Below are positions 9,699 to 18,781 of a stretch of DNA of 64,000 nt, piece after piece (the first letter of the stretch is position 1; each line of letters opens with the position of its first letter). A program made the translations under genes and the position numbers. The DNA comes from a virus: IMG/VR virus record IMGVR_UViG_3300032296_003714, positions 32,001 through 96,000 of that record, one strand, 5' to 3'. The notes under the pieces were generated by a model that worked only from the letters and a program-made list of their open reading frames with translations, was not told where the DNA came from and searched no databases.

Positions 9699-9733
9699 AA
9701 ACCCTCTACTTTCGTGGAGGGTTTTTTATTTTT
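9699..9733 (+). terminator. Intrinsic terminator
   Basis: AAACCCTCTAC-TTTC-GTGGAGGGTTT followed by a T-tract. Confidence 0.8.
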
Positions 9734-9751
9734 TAAACAAAATAATATTTC

Positions 9752-11020
9752 ATGAGCAAAATTTTTATTCAAATTGCTTCCTATAGAGACCCTCAGTTGG
9801 TTAACACTATAAAGGATATGATGGCAAATGCAAAAAAACCTGAAAATTTAGTTTTGGGTATTGCGAGACAATTTTCAGAAACAGATGGGTTTGACAACCT
9901 AGATGAATGGAGAGATGATAAAAGATTTAGAATTCTTGATGTCCCTTATCAAGAAGCGAAAGGGGTATGTTGGGCAAGACATTTAGTTCAACAACTTTAT
10001 AAAGGGGAAAAATATACAATGCAAATTGATTCTCACATGAGGTTTGAAAAAAACTGGGATGAGACATTAATTAAAATGATAAAGGGTCTACAAAAGGATG
10101 GGTATAAGAAACCTCTACTTACGGGTTATGTACCCTCCTTTGACCCTGATAATGACCCAGCAGGAAGAGCACAAGATGCTTGGAGAATGACTTTTGATAG
10201 ATTTATTCCTGAGGGTGCAGTTTTCTTTTTACCTGAAACAATACCAGGGTGGAGAGAGATGAAAAAACCCGTAACCGCAAGATTTTATTCGGCCCACTTC
10301 TGTTTTACTTTGGGTGAGTTTTCAACAGAAGTACAGCACAATCCTGAATATTATTTCCATGGTGAAGAAATTTCCATCGCAGCAAGAGCATATACTTGGG
10401 GTTATGATTTATTTCATCCACATATTCCTGTTGTATATCATGAGTATACTCGTAAAGGTAGAACAAAGCAATGGGACGATGATAAGGAATGGGTTAAAAA
10501 GAATCAACATTCACACTTGATGAATAGAAAGTTGTTTGGTATGGATGGTGAAAAACAAGAAGGTCATGATGGTGAATTTGGATTTGGCCCTGTCAGAAGT
10601 CTGAGAGATTATGAAAAATACGCGGGTCTGTTGTTTGAAAGACGCTCAGTACAAAAGTATACGTTGGATAAAAATTACCCACCAAATCCGTACAACTACG
10701 ATTCTGAAGAGGAATGGATGGAAGATTTTACTAATATCTTCAAACATTGTATTGATATCAGCTATTCTCAAGTACCTGAAACAGATTATGATTTTTGGGT
10801 AGTTGCGTTCCACAATGATAAAGATGAAACTATTTTTAGAAAAGATGCGGATAAAAATGAAATTGCGGGTTATATGAGAGACCCTGATAAATATTGTAAA
10901 GTATGGAGAGAGTTTCCAACCAAAGAGTTACCAAAGTATTGGGTTGTTTGGCCACACTCAGAATCTAAAGGATGGTGTGATAGAATTACAGGTCAATTAA
11001 ACCATAGTGTTGTTAGTTAA
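9752..11020 (+). CDS. GT60-type polypeptide alpha-GlcNAc transferase (Skp1-hydroxyproline/Thr GlcNAc-T family)
   Basis: IFIQIASYRDP, EAKGVCWAR, LYKGEKYTMQIDSHMRF (DSH motif), FHGEE, ARAYTWGYD, VVYHEY. Confidence 0.85.
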   Translation: MSKIFIQIASYRDPQLVNTIKDMMANAKKPENLVLGIARQFSETDGFDNLDEWRDDKRFRILDVPYQEAKGVCWARHLVQQLYKGEKYTMQIDSHMRFEKNWDETLIKMIKGLQKDGYKKPLLTGYVPSFDPDNDPAGRAQDAWRMTFDRFIPEGAVFFLPETIPGWREMKKPVTARFYSAHFCFTLGEFSTEVQHNPEYYFHGEEISIAARAYTWGYDLFHPHIPVVYHEYTRKGRTKQWDDDKEWVKKNQHSHLMNRKLFGMDGEKQEGHDGEFGFGPVRSLRDYEKYAGLLFERRSVQKYTLDKNYPPNPYNYDSEEEWMEDFTNIFKHCIDISYSQVPETDYDFWVVAFHNDKDETIFRKDADKNEIAGYMRDPDKYCKVWREFPTKELPKYWVVWPHSESKGWCDRITGQLNHSVVS

Positions 11021-11458
11021 ATGGTATTCATATCACATAGAGGAAATATTGACGGAAAAAATGAAGTAAGAGAAAATTCTCCATATTACGTTATAGAGGC
11101 TCTTGCCATGGGATATGATGTGGAAGTTGATGTTTGGTTTGTTGATGGTGAATTTTGGTTGGGTCATGACGGACCACAATATAAAACTGATTATAAATTT
11201 TTAGTCAATGAAAAATTGTGGTGTCACGCAAAAAATATTGAAGCTTTAATGGAAATGAAAAAATATGTCATTCATTATTTTTGGCACGAAAATGACACCG
11301 TAACTCTAACATCTAAAAATTATGTATGGGCTTATCCGACTAAAGATTTTCCCAACAATACAATTGCCGTCTTACCTGAAATGTTCAATTCTGAAATAAA
11401 TCAATGTAAAGGAGTGTGTTCTGATTTCATAAAAGAATATAAAGAAAAGTATGATTAA
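11021..11458 (+). CDS. Short GDPD/PLC-like phosphodiesterase
   Basis: ISHRGN, ENSP, GYDVEVDVW, LGHD, WCHAKN, GVCSD. Confidence 0.75.
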   Translation: MVFISHRGNIDGKNEVRENSPYYVIEALAMGYDVEVDVWFVDGEFWLGHDGPQYKTDYKFLVNEKLWCHAKNIEALMEMKKYVIHYFWHENDTVTLTSKNYVWAYPTKDFPNNTIAVLPEMFNSEINQCKGVCSDFIKEYKEKYD

Positions 11459-12827
11459 GTTAATTATTTTTGATTTGGATGGAGTTTTAGTAGAGGCAAA
11501 AAAAATTCACTATGATTGTTTGAATCAAGCTCTCGAAGAAGAAGGAGAACAGTATGTTATAGGATGGGACGAGCATTTAAGTATTTATGATGGATTAAAG
11601 ACAAACCAAAAACTAGAATTACTTTCTAACAACAAAGGTCTTCCCGTTAATTCGTATAAAAGAATATGGGAAAAAAAACAAATTCTTACATTAGAATCAC
11701 TGAATAAATTAAATCCAACAGAGCACATAAGAAACTGTATAAGTAGTTTATCTAAAGAAGGATATAAGATTGTTTGTTGTTCAAATAGTATTAGGAAAAC
11801 TGTATTAACGGTTTTAAGTAAACTAGATATAATTCAATATTTTGATTTGATTTTATCAAATGAAGATGTGAAAAACAGCAAACCTCATCCTGAAATATAT
11901 TGGAATGCAATTTCTCACATGTCTTGTTTTCCAGATGAAACACTAATTATTGAAGATTCACCTTATGGTTTGTTAGCCGCAAGTAGGAGTAATTCTATGG
12001 TATATCGTGTTAATTCTCCTAGTGACATAACATATGATAATATAAAGAATCAAATAAATTTTATTACTAAAAACAGTAAGATGGTTAAACATAAGTGGTC
12101 TGACAAAACATTAAATGTACTTGTCCCGATGGCGGGTGCTGGAAGCAGATTTGAAAAAATGGGATATACTTTTCCAAAACCTTTGATTGATGTTATGGGA
12201 AAACCCATGATTCAAGTTGTGGTTGAAAACCTTAATATAGATGCCAATTTCATTTATATTGTACAAAAATCTCATAGAGAAAAATATAATTTAGATACTC
12301 TATTAAATCTTATAACACCAAATTGTAAAATTGTGGAAGTAGATGGATTAACTGAAGGTTCAGCTTGCACAACACTATTAGCCAAAGACTTAATTAATAA
12401 TGATAGTCCATTGATATCAATGAATTCTGACCAATTTATTGAATGGGATTCAAGTGAATTTATGTATAAAATGAACGAGTCCAACTGCGATGCAGGTATT
12501 TTAACATTCAAAGCAACCCACCCTAAATGGTCATTTGTTAAAATAAATGATTTGGGTTATGTAACCGAAGTTGCAGAAAAAAAACCAATTTCTGATATTG
12601 CAACTGTTGGGATTTATTTTTGGAGAAGGGGGTCTGATTATGTAAAATATGCGGAACAAATGATTTTAAAAAATATTAGAGTTAACAATGAATTCTACAT
12701 TTGTCCGGTTTTTAATGAGGCAATTTTAGATAATAAAAAAATAAAAATATTCGATGTTGATAAAATGTGGGGTATCGGTACCCCTGAAGATTTGAATTAT
12801 TTTTTAGAAAATTACATAACTATATAA
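11451..12827 (+). CDS. HAD phosphatase fused to a sugar-phosphate nucleotidyltransferase
   Basis: N-terminal FDLDGVL, CSNS, KPHPEIY, IIEDS; C-terminal VPMAGAGSRF...PKPLIDV, EVAEKK, NNEFYICP, GIGTPEDL. Confidence 0.85.
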   Translation: MIKLIIFDLDGVLVEAKKIHYDCLNQALEEEGEQYVIGWDEHLSIYDGLKTNQKLELLSNNKGLPVNSYKRIWEKKQILTLESLNKLNPTEHIRNCISSLSKEGYKIVCCSNSIRKTVLTVLSKLDIIQYFDLILSNEDVKNSKPHPEIYWNAISHMSCFPDETLIIEDSPYGLLAASRSNSMVYRVNSPSDITYDNIKNQINFITKNSKMVKHKWSDKTLNVLVPMAGAGSRFEKMGYTFPKPLIDVMGKPMIQVVVENLNIDANFIYIVQKSHREKYNLDTLLNLITPNCKIVEVDGLTEGSACTTLLAKDLINNDSPLISMNSDQFIEWDSSEFMYKMNESNCDAGILTFKATHPKWSFVKINDLGYVTEVAEKKPISDIATVGIYFWRRGSDYVKYAEQMILKNIRVNNEFYICPVFNEAILDNKKIKIFDVDKMWGIGTPEDLNYFLENYITI

Positions 12828-12828
12828 A

Positions 12829-13677
12829 ATGAATAATAACTTTTGTTTTCTGGTTTATACTAACGAAACGTATCTCCCAATTGCTAATCTATCCATGTCA
12901 GAATTTGATAGATTTAATCCCAATTTCCCTATAAAAAGATATTTGGTTTCAAATAAAATAGGCGATTTTGAATTTAAAGCACAAAATACAACTTTAATAG
13001 ATTGTGATATTCCGTTTGATGGTTCAGGAAATCACTTTTCTAAAACAATGATGAAAGCCATCTCTAATATTAGTGAGGAGTATATTATATTTTTCTGTGA
13101 TGACTATTTGCCAATAGGCGGAACTAAATGGAATTTATTGTCAGAATTAATTGATATGATAAAAAATGAAGATATAGACTTCATATCTTTTTCATACATG
13201 CCCCAAGCAAAGCAATGGAAAAAATTTCATGCAACGCTTCCTTCAGCACCAGATAAGAATTTATATTATATTCCGGATAACTACATGTATCTGTACAGCG
13301 TCCAGCCATGTATTTGGAAAAAATCTTCATTGTTAGATATCTTATCTCATAATCCAGAAATGTCCTTACATCATTTTGATACAACAAATTTAAAAAATAG
13401 GGAAGGATTTGTTAGAACTATGGATGTTCATACTTCGACATGGAATCCATACCCACAAGGCTCACAAACCTATGGATTTAAATGTTTAAGTACGGATTAT
13501 GGTGGATTTGATGAACAAGAAAATTATGATTGTTTTATATTTCCTTACGTTGAGATAGTAAGACATGGGTTTTTTAATATGTGGAGAGAAACAAATACCA
13601 AAATATTTTTAGAAAAATATATTGTTGATAATAACATTGATGCTGATGAGCGTTTAAAAAGATTTATATACAAATAA
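12829..13677 (+). CDS. Putative GT-A fold glycosyltransferase
   Basis: YIIFFCDDY acidic motif after a beta strand; SVQPCIWKK; glycan-locus context. Confidence 0.5.
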   Translation: MNNNFCFLVYTNETYLPIANLSMSEFDRFNPNFPIKRYLVSNKIGDFEFKAQNTTLIDCDIPFDGSGNHFSKTMMKAISNISEEYIIFFCDDYLPIGGTKWNLLSELIDMIKNEDIDFISFSYMPQAKQWKKFHATLPSAPDKNLYYIPDNYMYLYSVQPCIWKKSSLLDILSHNPEMSLHHFDTTNLKNREGFVRTMDVHTSTWNPYPQGSQTYGFKCLSTDYGGFDEQENYDCFIFPYVEIVRHGFFNMWRETNTKIFLEKYIVDNNIDADERLKRFIYK

Positions 13678-13693
13678 AAATCCACACCATTTT

Positions 13694-14551
13694 ATGAATA
13701 TTGAAGTAATGTTTGAAAAACCACATACTTTGTGGAATGTTGTGTGGGTTTTTGAAAAATTTTTTCACTGGTTTAAAGAAAATTACCCTGAACATAATAT
13801 TACTTTTAAAAATAGTGACCCAGATAAGAGAGGAAATCCATGTAGTCCGTATTCACCTCATGTGATGGTTATAAGAAATTTAGATAATTTAAAATATATC
13901 ATAGTTTCATATTGGGATAGGGCATACGAACTTACATGGCCAGGTTGCGGATGGGATATTGAAAATAGAGTTGAAATAATAACATCTTCAGGTGTCCATT
14001 CCCCAATGGACTTTACACCCTTTTCTTATCTTTGTTATTCAAAGGATTTCGAACAAATTGCGAGTGTTGAAAGAATTCCTTTTGATAAAAAAGAAAAAAA
14101 TTATTTATTTTTTAGAGGGTATCTGTATCATCATAGAAAAATAATGCAAAACCATTTTCCTGAATATTTTACCGAAGAAAGAAAAGTCTCTTTCGATTTA
14201 TTCAAAGAATTTAATGAGAATAAGATTAATCTTAGTATTGATGGTGCAGCTGAAATTTGTCATAGGGATATTGAGATTCTTTCATCTGGTTCTGTTTTAT
14301 TAAGACCTGAGTTAAATCAAATTTTTCATGACCCATTAATTCCTGATTATCATTATATAAGTGTTCCAAAAAGTAATGACCCGGTAACACAATTTAAATT
14401 ATTATTAGAAAAGTACGAAGAAGTTAAAAATAACGATGAATTATTATCCACAATATCAAACAATGGATATGAATGGTATGAAAGAAATGGAACTGTAAAA
14501 TCAAATGTTGATATTTTAAAAAAAATTATAAATTTAGGTAAATTAGAATAA
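13694..14551 (+). CDS. Putative GT-B glycosyltransferase (GT47/GT90-like C-terminal domain)
   Basis: FFRG...INLSIDGAAEICHRDIEILSSG...LIPDYHYISV...ISNNGYEWY. Confidence 0.6.
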   Translation: MNIEVMFEKPHTLWNVVWVFEKFFHWFKENYPEHNITFKNSDPDKRGNPCSPYSPHVMVIRNLDNLKYIIVSYWDRAYELTWPGCGWDIENRVEIITSSGVHSPMDFTPFSYLCYSKDFEQIASVERIPFDKKEKNYLFFRGYLYHHRKIMQNHFPEYFTEERKVSFDLFKEFNENKINLSIDGAAEICHRDIEILSSGSVLLRPELNQIFHDPLIPDYHYISVPKSNDPVTQFKLLLEKYEEVKNNDELLSTISNNGYEWYERNGTVKSNVDILKKIINLGKLE

Positions 14552-14554
14552 ATT

Positions 14555-15946
14555 ATGAATGAAGTTGTTAAATATTGGGATGGGAATCTTATATTACGCC
14601 ACATCGGTAAAGAGTTAAATTGGTTATTTAGTTATCTCGATGATAAAAAAATTGAATCTGTTTCTTTCATTGATATTGGAGGTAATGTTGGAAAATTTTA
14701 TGATGAGGTTTCAAAAAAATATAATATAAAGAAGTGTGTTATTGTTGAACCTTCTAAAGTTTTATATGACTATATGTCTAATAAATTTGAAAACAACGAT
14801 TCTGTAGAAATACACAATTTTGCAATTTCAGATAAAAATGGAAGTTTTCAATTTTACGATAGTGCAAGTATGTTTGTTGACATATTTGAAAAAGAAGAAA
14901 TAAACGATTCAATAAACTTAGGATTGTCTAAGTTGTCTCATGATGTACCTGGTGATACTATGTGTTATAGTATGGATTTCTTTATGAGAGAAATTTGTAA
15001 CATACAACCTAATGAAATAGATTTTATAAAAATTGACACAGAAAATTCTGATTTACAAATTATTAAAAGCATGACGAATTTTTTTGTGGAGAATAAAATT
15101 CGACCTCTAATTCTTTTTGAGAATAACTATCATAACTCTATTAGTGAAACTGAAGCTTTGGCTATTATAAATAATTTTTGTAATTTATGTGGGTATGAAA
15201 AGATTGATTTATCAATACCAGGTGACAATATCCTAATTCCGCTAAAAAAAGAAAAAACTAATAATTTAACTGAAGTTTATAGAATATTACAAAGTTTTAA
15301 AATCGATAAAAAATTTTGGAGATATCAAAACTTAACGGGTGAGGATTATGATATTAGAAGGTCTAAACCGGCACCATACATTAAAACCGCAATTGAAATT
15401 GCTAAAGCGTTAGACTTAAAAAATGTTGTTGAAATTGGTTCTTCAAGATATTCAGTAACTGACCCATGTTTGAAATATTTTGATTTGTCTAATAATGCCT
15501 TTTTGTCTCCACCTTGTTGTTGTGACGGACATGGAGGCTTTTTTTGGTCAAGAGCGGGGTTTGAAGTTTATACTGTAGATATTGACGAAAATTGTAAAAA
15601 TGGGGTCTTGTGGTCTTATGGTAATCTTAATATTCCGGTTCCTGAAAATCTACATGTTGAAATACCTAGAGATGGGATTGAGTTCTTACAATCTTTTGAT
15701 AAAACTATAGACGTTTTATTCTTAGATGGTTGGGATATCGGTACTCCTGAATATGCTGAAAAACATTTAGAGGCGTATTTGGCTGCTGAAAATAAATTAT
15801 CTTCAACCCATTTAGTCTTAATCGATGATACTGATTACATTACCCAAGATGGAGGTAAAGATAAACTATTATCTCCTTATCTAATTGATAAGGGATATAT
15901 TCCATTATTTAATGGAAGGCAAACATTATACATGAAATATGAGTAA
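14555..15946 (+). CDS. Double methyltransferase: FkbM-family domain fused to a second class I SAM-MTase domain
   Basis: FIDIGGNVG, VEP, NFAISD, FIKIDTEN (FkbM); then VVEIGS, YTVDID, DVLFLDG, LIDD. Confidence 0.8.
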   Translation: MNEVVKYWDGNLILRHIGKELNWLFSYLDDKKIESVSFIDIGGNVGKFYDEVSKKYNIKKCVIVEPSKVLYDYMSNKFENNDSVEIHNFAISDKNGSFQFYDSASMFVDIFEKEEINDSINLGLSKLSHDVPGDTMCYSMDFFMREICNIQPNEIDFIKIDTENSDLQIIKSMTNFFVENKIRPLILFENNYHNSISETEALAIINNFCNLCGYEKIDLSIPGDNILIPLKKEKTNNLTEVYRILQSFKIDKKFWRYQNLTGEDYDIRRSKPAPYIKTAIEIAKALDLKNVVEIGSSRYSVTDPCLKYFDLSNNAFLSPPCCCDGHGGFFWSRAGFEVYTVDIDENCKNGVLWSYGNLNIPVPENLHVEIPRDGIEFLQSFDKTIDVLFLDGWDIGTPEYAEKHLEAYLAAENKLSSTHLVLIDDTDYITQDGGKDKLLSPYLIDKGYIPLFNGRQTLYMKYE

Positions 15947-16691
15947 AGTAGTTATAAGTCTTACGACAATACCAAACAGATTAAATCCTGATAGACCAGG
16001 TTATGGATTAAAGCCTGCACTAGATAGATTAACAACATTATCTTATGGTGATTATGAAGTTCATTTGAATATACCATTTGTGAATAATAAATCTGGTGAA
16101 TATTATACAATACCTAATTGGTTACAGGAATATAATTCGGACAAATTAAAAATTTTTAGAACTGAAGATTATGGTTCAATAACAAAACTGATTCCTACTG
16201 TTGATAGGTTATCTGACCCTAATGATATAATAATAACAGTTGATGATGACTTGAATTATATGGATGGTTTCATTGAATATCATTTAGAAAAAAGGAAACA
16301 ATACCCTGACGCTGCAATTGGTTTTGCGGGTATAGGCTCAATTGGGGGGACCTGCCATTTTTGTACCACAGTAAAAGATGATGTTAGAGTTAAAATTTTA
16401 GAAGGATATAAAACTGTATCATATAAAAAAGGTTTTTTTGGTTCGGATTTTAAAGATTTTGCAATAGGAAATTGGAATGATGATATGATTATATCTGCAT
16501 ACTTAGGTAAAAATTACATCCAAAAAATGGTTGTTGCTTACGATAAAGACACTGATTATTCTCCAAGAGTTGAGTCATTTCCTGTCATTGGACATCTGCC
16601 AAATGAAAGAGGTGGCTGTTGGTGGTTTAGAAATGAGTCTGTACCTGACAATCATCAGATATACTATAAATTAGGATTTTTAGAAAGATAA
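15939..16691 (+). CDS. GT-A fold glycosyltransferase (GT2-like)
   Basis: VISLTTIPNR, DYGSITKLIP, IIITVDDD, NDDMIISAY. Confidence 0.7.
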   Translation: MSKVVISLTTIPNRLNPDRPGYGLKPALDRLTTLSYGDYEVHLNIPFVNNKSGEYYTIPNWLQEYNSDKLKIFRTEDYGSITKLIPTVDRLSDPNDIIITVDDDLNYMDGFIEYHLEKRKQYPDAAIGFAGIGSIGGTCHFCTTVKDDVRVKILEGYKTVSYKKGFFGSDFKDFAIGNWNDDMIISAYLGKNYIQKMVVAYDKDTDYSPRVESFPVIGHLPNERGGCWWFRNESVPDNHQIYYKLGFLER

Positions 16692-16692
16692 T

Positions 16693-18363
16693 ATGGAAAA
16701 AGTTACTTTAGTCACAGGTTTATGGAATATTGGTAGGGATAACCTATCAGAGGGATGGTCTAGGTCATTCCAACATTATTTAGATAGATTTGATAGATTA
16801 TTGGATGTTGACGCCAATATGATAATATTTGGAGACGAGGAGTTAGAATCATTTGTCTTCAAAAAAAGAACTAATGAGAATACACAATTCATACTTAGAC
16901 CTACAAGCTGGTTTGTTCACAATGAATTCTATGATAAGATTCAAGAAATTAGGACTAAAGAATCTTGGTATAATCAAGTAGGTTGGCTCAAGGATTCAAC
17001 ACAGGCTAAGTTAGGAATGTATAACCCCTTGGTTATGTCTAAAATGTTTTTATTACATGATGCAAAAATTTTAGATAGGTTTAATTCTGATTATATGTTT
17101 TGGATTGATGCTGGTCTTGCAAACACAGTTCATCCAGGATATTTTACACACGATAAAGTTTTAGATAAATTACCAAAATATATTTCTAAATTTTCATTTG
17201 TTTGTTTTCCATATGAGACTTCTGTTGAAATACATGGTTTTGAATATTCAAAATTAAAATCTATAGCAAATTCCGATGTTAAAAAAGTTGCGAGAGGCGG
17301 ATTCTTCGGAGGTCCAAAAAGTACGATATCTGAGATAAATTCAATTTATTATTCATTGATGAAATCAACATTGTATGATGGATACATGGGTACTGAAGAG
17401 TCACTATTCAGTATTATGTGTTATAAACATGCTGATGTTGTGAATTATTTTGAAATAGATGGTAATGGATTAATGGGTAAGTTTTTTGAGGATTTGAAAA
17501 ACGATAAGTTGGTCGTAAAATCAGAGTCTTCTATTAATAATTCACACGTATTAGATTTATCAAAAACATCCTTGTACGTTATAGGTTTTAATAGTCCAAA
17601 ACAATTTAAGACACTTATTGAGTCTATGTTATCTTATGATAAAAACTTTATAGAAAAACCAAAAAAATATTTATTAGATAATTCTACTGATTTGTCAACT
17701 ACTGAGGAATACTCGGTAATTTGTAAAGAGTTTGGTTTTGAACATATTAAGAAAGATAATTTAGGTATTTGTGGTGGTAGACAATTTATTGCAGAACATT
17801 TTGAAGAAAGTGATTCTGACTTTATGTTTTTCTTTGAAGATGATATGTTTTTCTATCCTAAGGATGGTGTATGTAGAAATGGATTCAATAGATATGTTCC
17901 TGACCTGTATCAAAAATCATTAGAGATTGTGAGAAAAGAAGGTTTTGATTTTTTAAAATTAAATTATAGTGAATTTTTTGGCGATAATGGCACACAGTGG
18001 ACATGGTATAATGTACCACAACATTTGAGAGAAGAGTTTTGGCCCGAAAAACCCAAACTACCTGAAAGCGGATTAGACCCAAATGCACCTAAAGTTAAGT
18101 ACGGAAAAATAATTTCACACAAAGGAGTTCCATATTCTAATGGTGAAATATATTATTGTAACTGGCCACAAATTGTTTCTAAATTAGGTAATAAAAAAAT
18201 GTTTTTAGATACAACATGGGCACATCCGTTTGAACAAACTTGGATGAGTCATATGTATCAACTGACAAAAAAAGGTGAATTAAATCCAGGAATTTTATTA
18301 CTTACACCAACAGAACACAATAGATTTGAACATTACGGTCCAGGGTTGCGTAAAGAATCATAA
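16693..18363 (+). CDS. HtrL/WlaTC-like glycosyltransferase fused to a second GT-A domain
   Basis: TLVTGLWNIGR, YNPLVMSK, FWIDAG, GGFFGG, GTEE; second domain LLDNS, NLGICGGRQ, FFFEDD. Confidence 0.7.
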   Translation: MEKVTLVTGLWNIGRDNLSEGWSRSFQHYLDRFDRLLDVDANMIIFGDEELESFVFKKRTNENTQFILRPTSWFVHNEFYDKIQEIRTKESWYNQVGWLKDSTQAKLGMYNPLVMSKMFLLHDAKILDRFNSDYMFWIDAGLANTVHPGYFTHDKVLDKLPKYISKFSFVCFPYETSVEIHGFEYSKLKSIANSDVKKVARGGFFGGPKSTISEINSIYYSLMKSTLYDGYMGTEESLFSIMCYKHADVVNYFEIDGNGLMGKFFEDLKNDKLVVKSESSINNSHVLDLSKTSLYVIGFNSPKQFKTLIESMLSYDKNFIEKPKKYLLDNSTDLSTTEEYSVICKEFGFEHIKKDNLGICGGRQFIAEHFEESDSDFMFFFEDDMFFYPKDGVCRNGFNRYVPDLYQKSLEIVRKEGFDFLKLNYSEFFGDNGTQWTWYNVPQHLREEFWPEKPKLPESGLDPNAPKVKYGKIISHKGVPYSNGEIYYCNWPQIVSKLGNKKMFLDTTWAHPFEQTWMSHMYQLTKKGELNPGILLLTPTEHNRFEHYGPGLRKES

Positions 18364-18379
18364 CAATATATTTATTGTT

Positions 18380-18757
18380 ATGGAATTTTTTATAAAAAAG
18401 AATGCATCCCTACCGGTTCTAAAAATGCAAGTAGTTAAAGACGGAAGGTCAGGGTATCAACAATTAATGGAAGATTTAGAAGTTTCTTCAATATACTTCT
18501 CTATGATTGATACTGCAAATGGTATACCTAAAATAATCGATGCCCCATGTGGTATTGTTCCCATAGATTTACCAGCGGGTTCTCCACCCGAATATTATAT
18601 TTATTTCCAATTTAACGCGAGAGATACAAACACGACTGGAAGATATAAAGGTGAGTTTTTAATTAAAAACGATGAAGGCAATCTAATTCTACCTTTAAGG
18701 GAGGAAGTGTATATAAATGTTCAAGATAGTTTTTCCGCAATAGACCCTTGTTGTTAA
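18380..18757 (+). CDS. BppU-like baseplate/fibre adaptor domain protein
   Basis: ATG at 18380 (MEFFIKKNASLPVL...YFQFNARDTNTTGRYKGEF...LILP...INV) fits the BppU N-terminal pattern; TATTTAT ends 4 nt before this ATG. Confidence 0.55.
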   Translation: MEFFIKKNASLPVLKMQVVKDGRSGYQQLMEDLEVSSIYFSMIDTANGIPKIIDAPCGIVPIDLPAGSPPEYYIYFQFNARDTNTTGRYKGEFLIKNDEGNLILPLREEVYINVQDSFSAIDPCC

Positions 18758-18781
18758 TTTAATTTCATTTATATTTAAAAA

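Noticed and set aside
18326-18379. Upstream TTG start given in the ORF track for 18326..18757
   Set aside because: It overlaps the previous gene. The ATG at 18380 follows the TATTTAT element and starts the recognisable domain.
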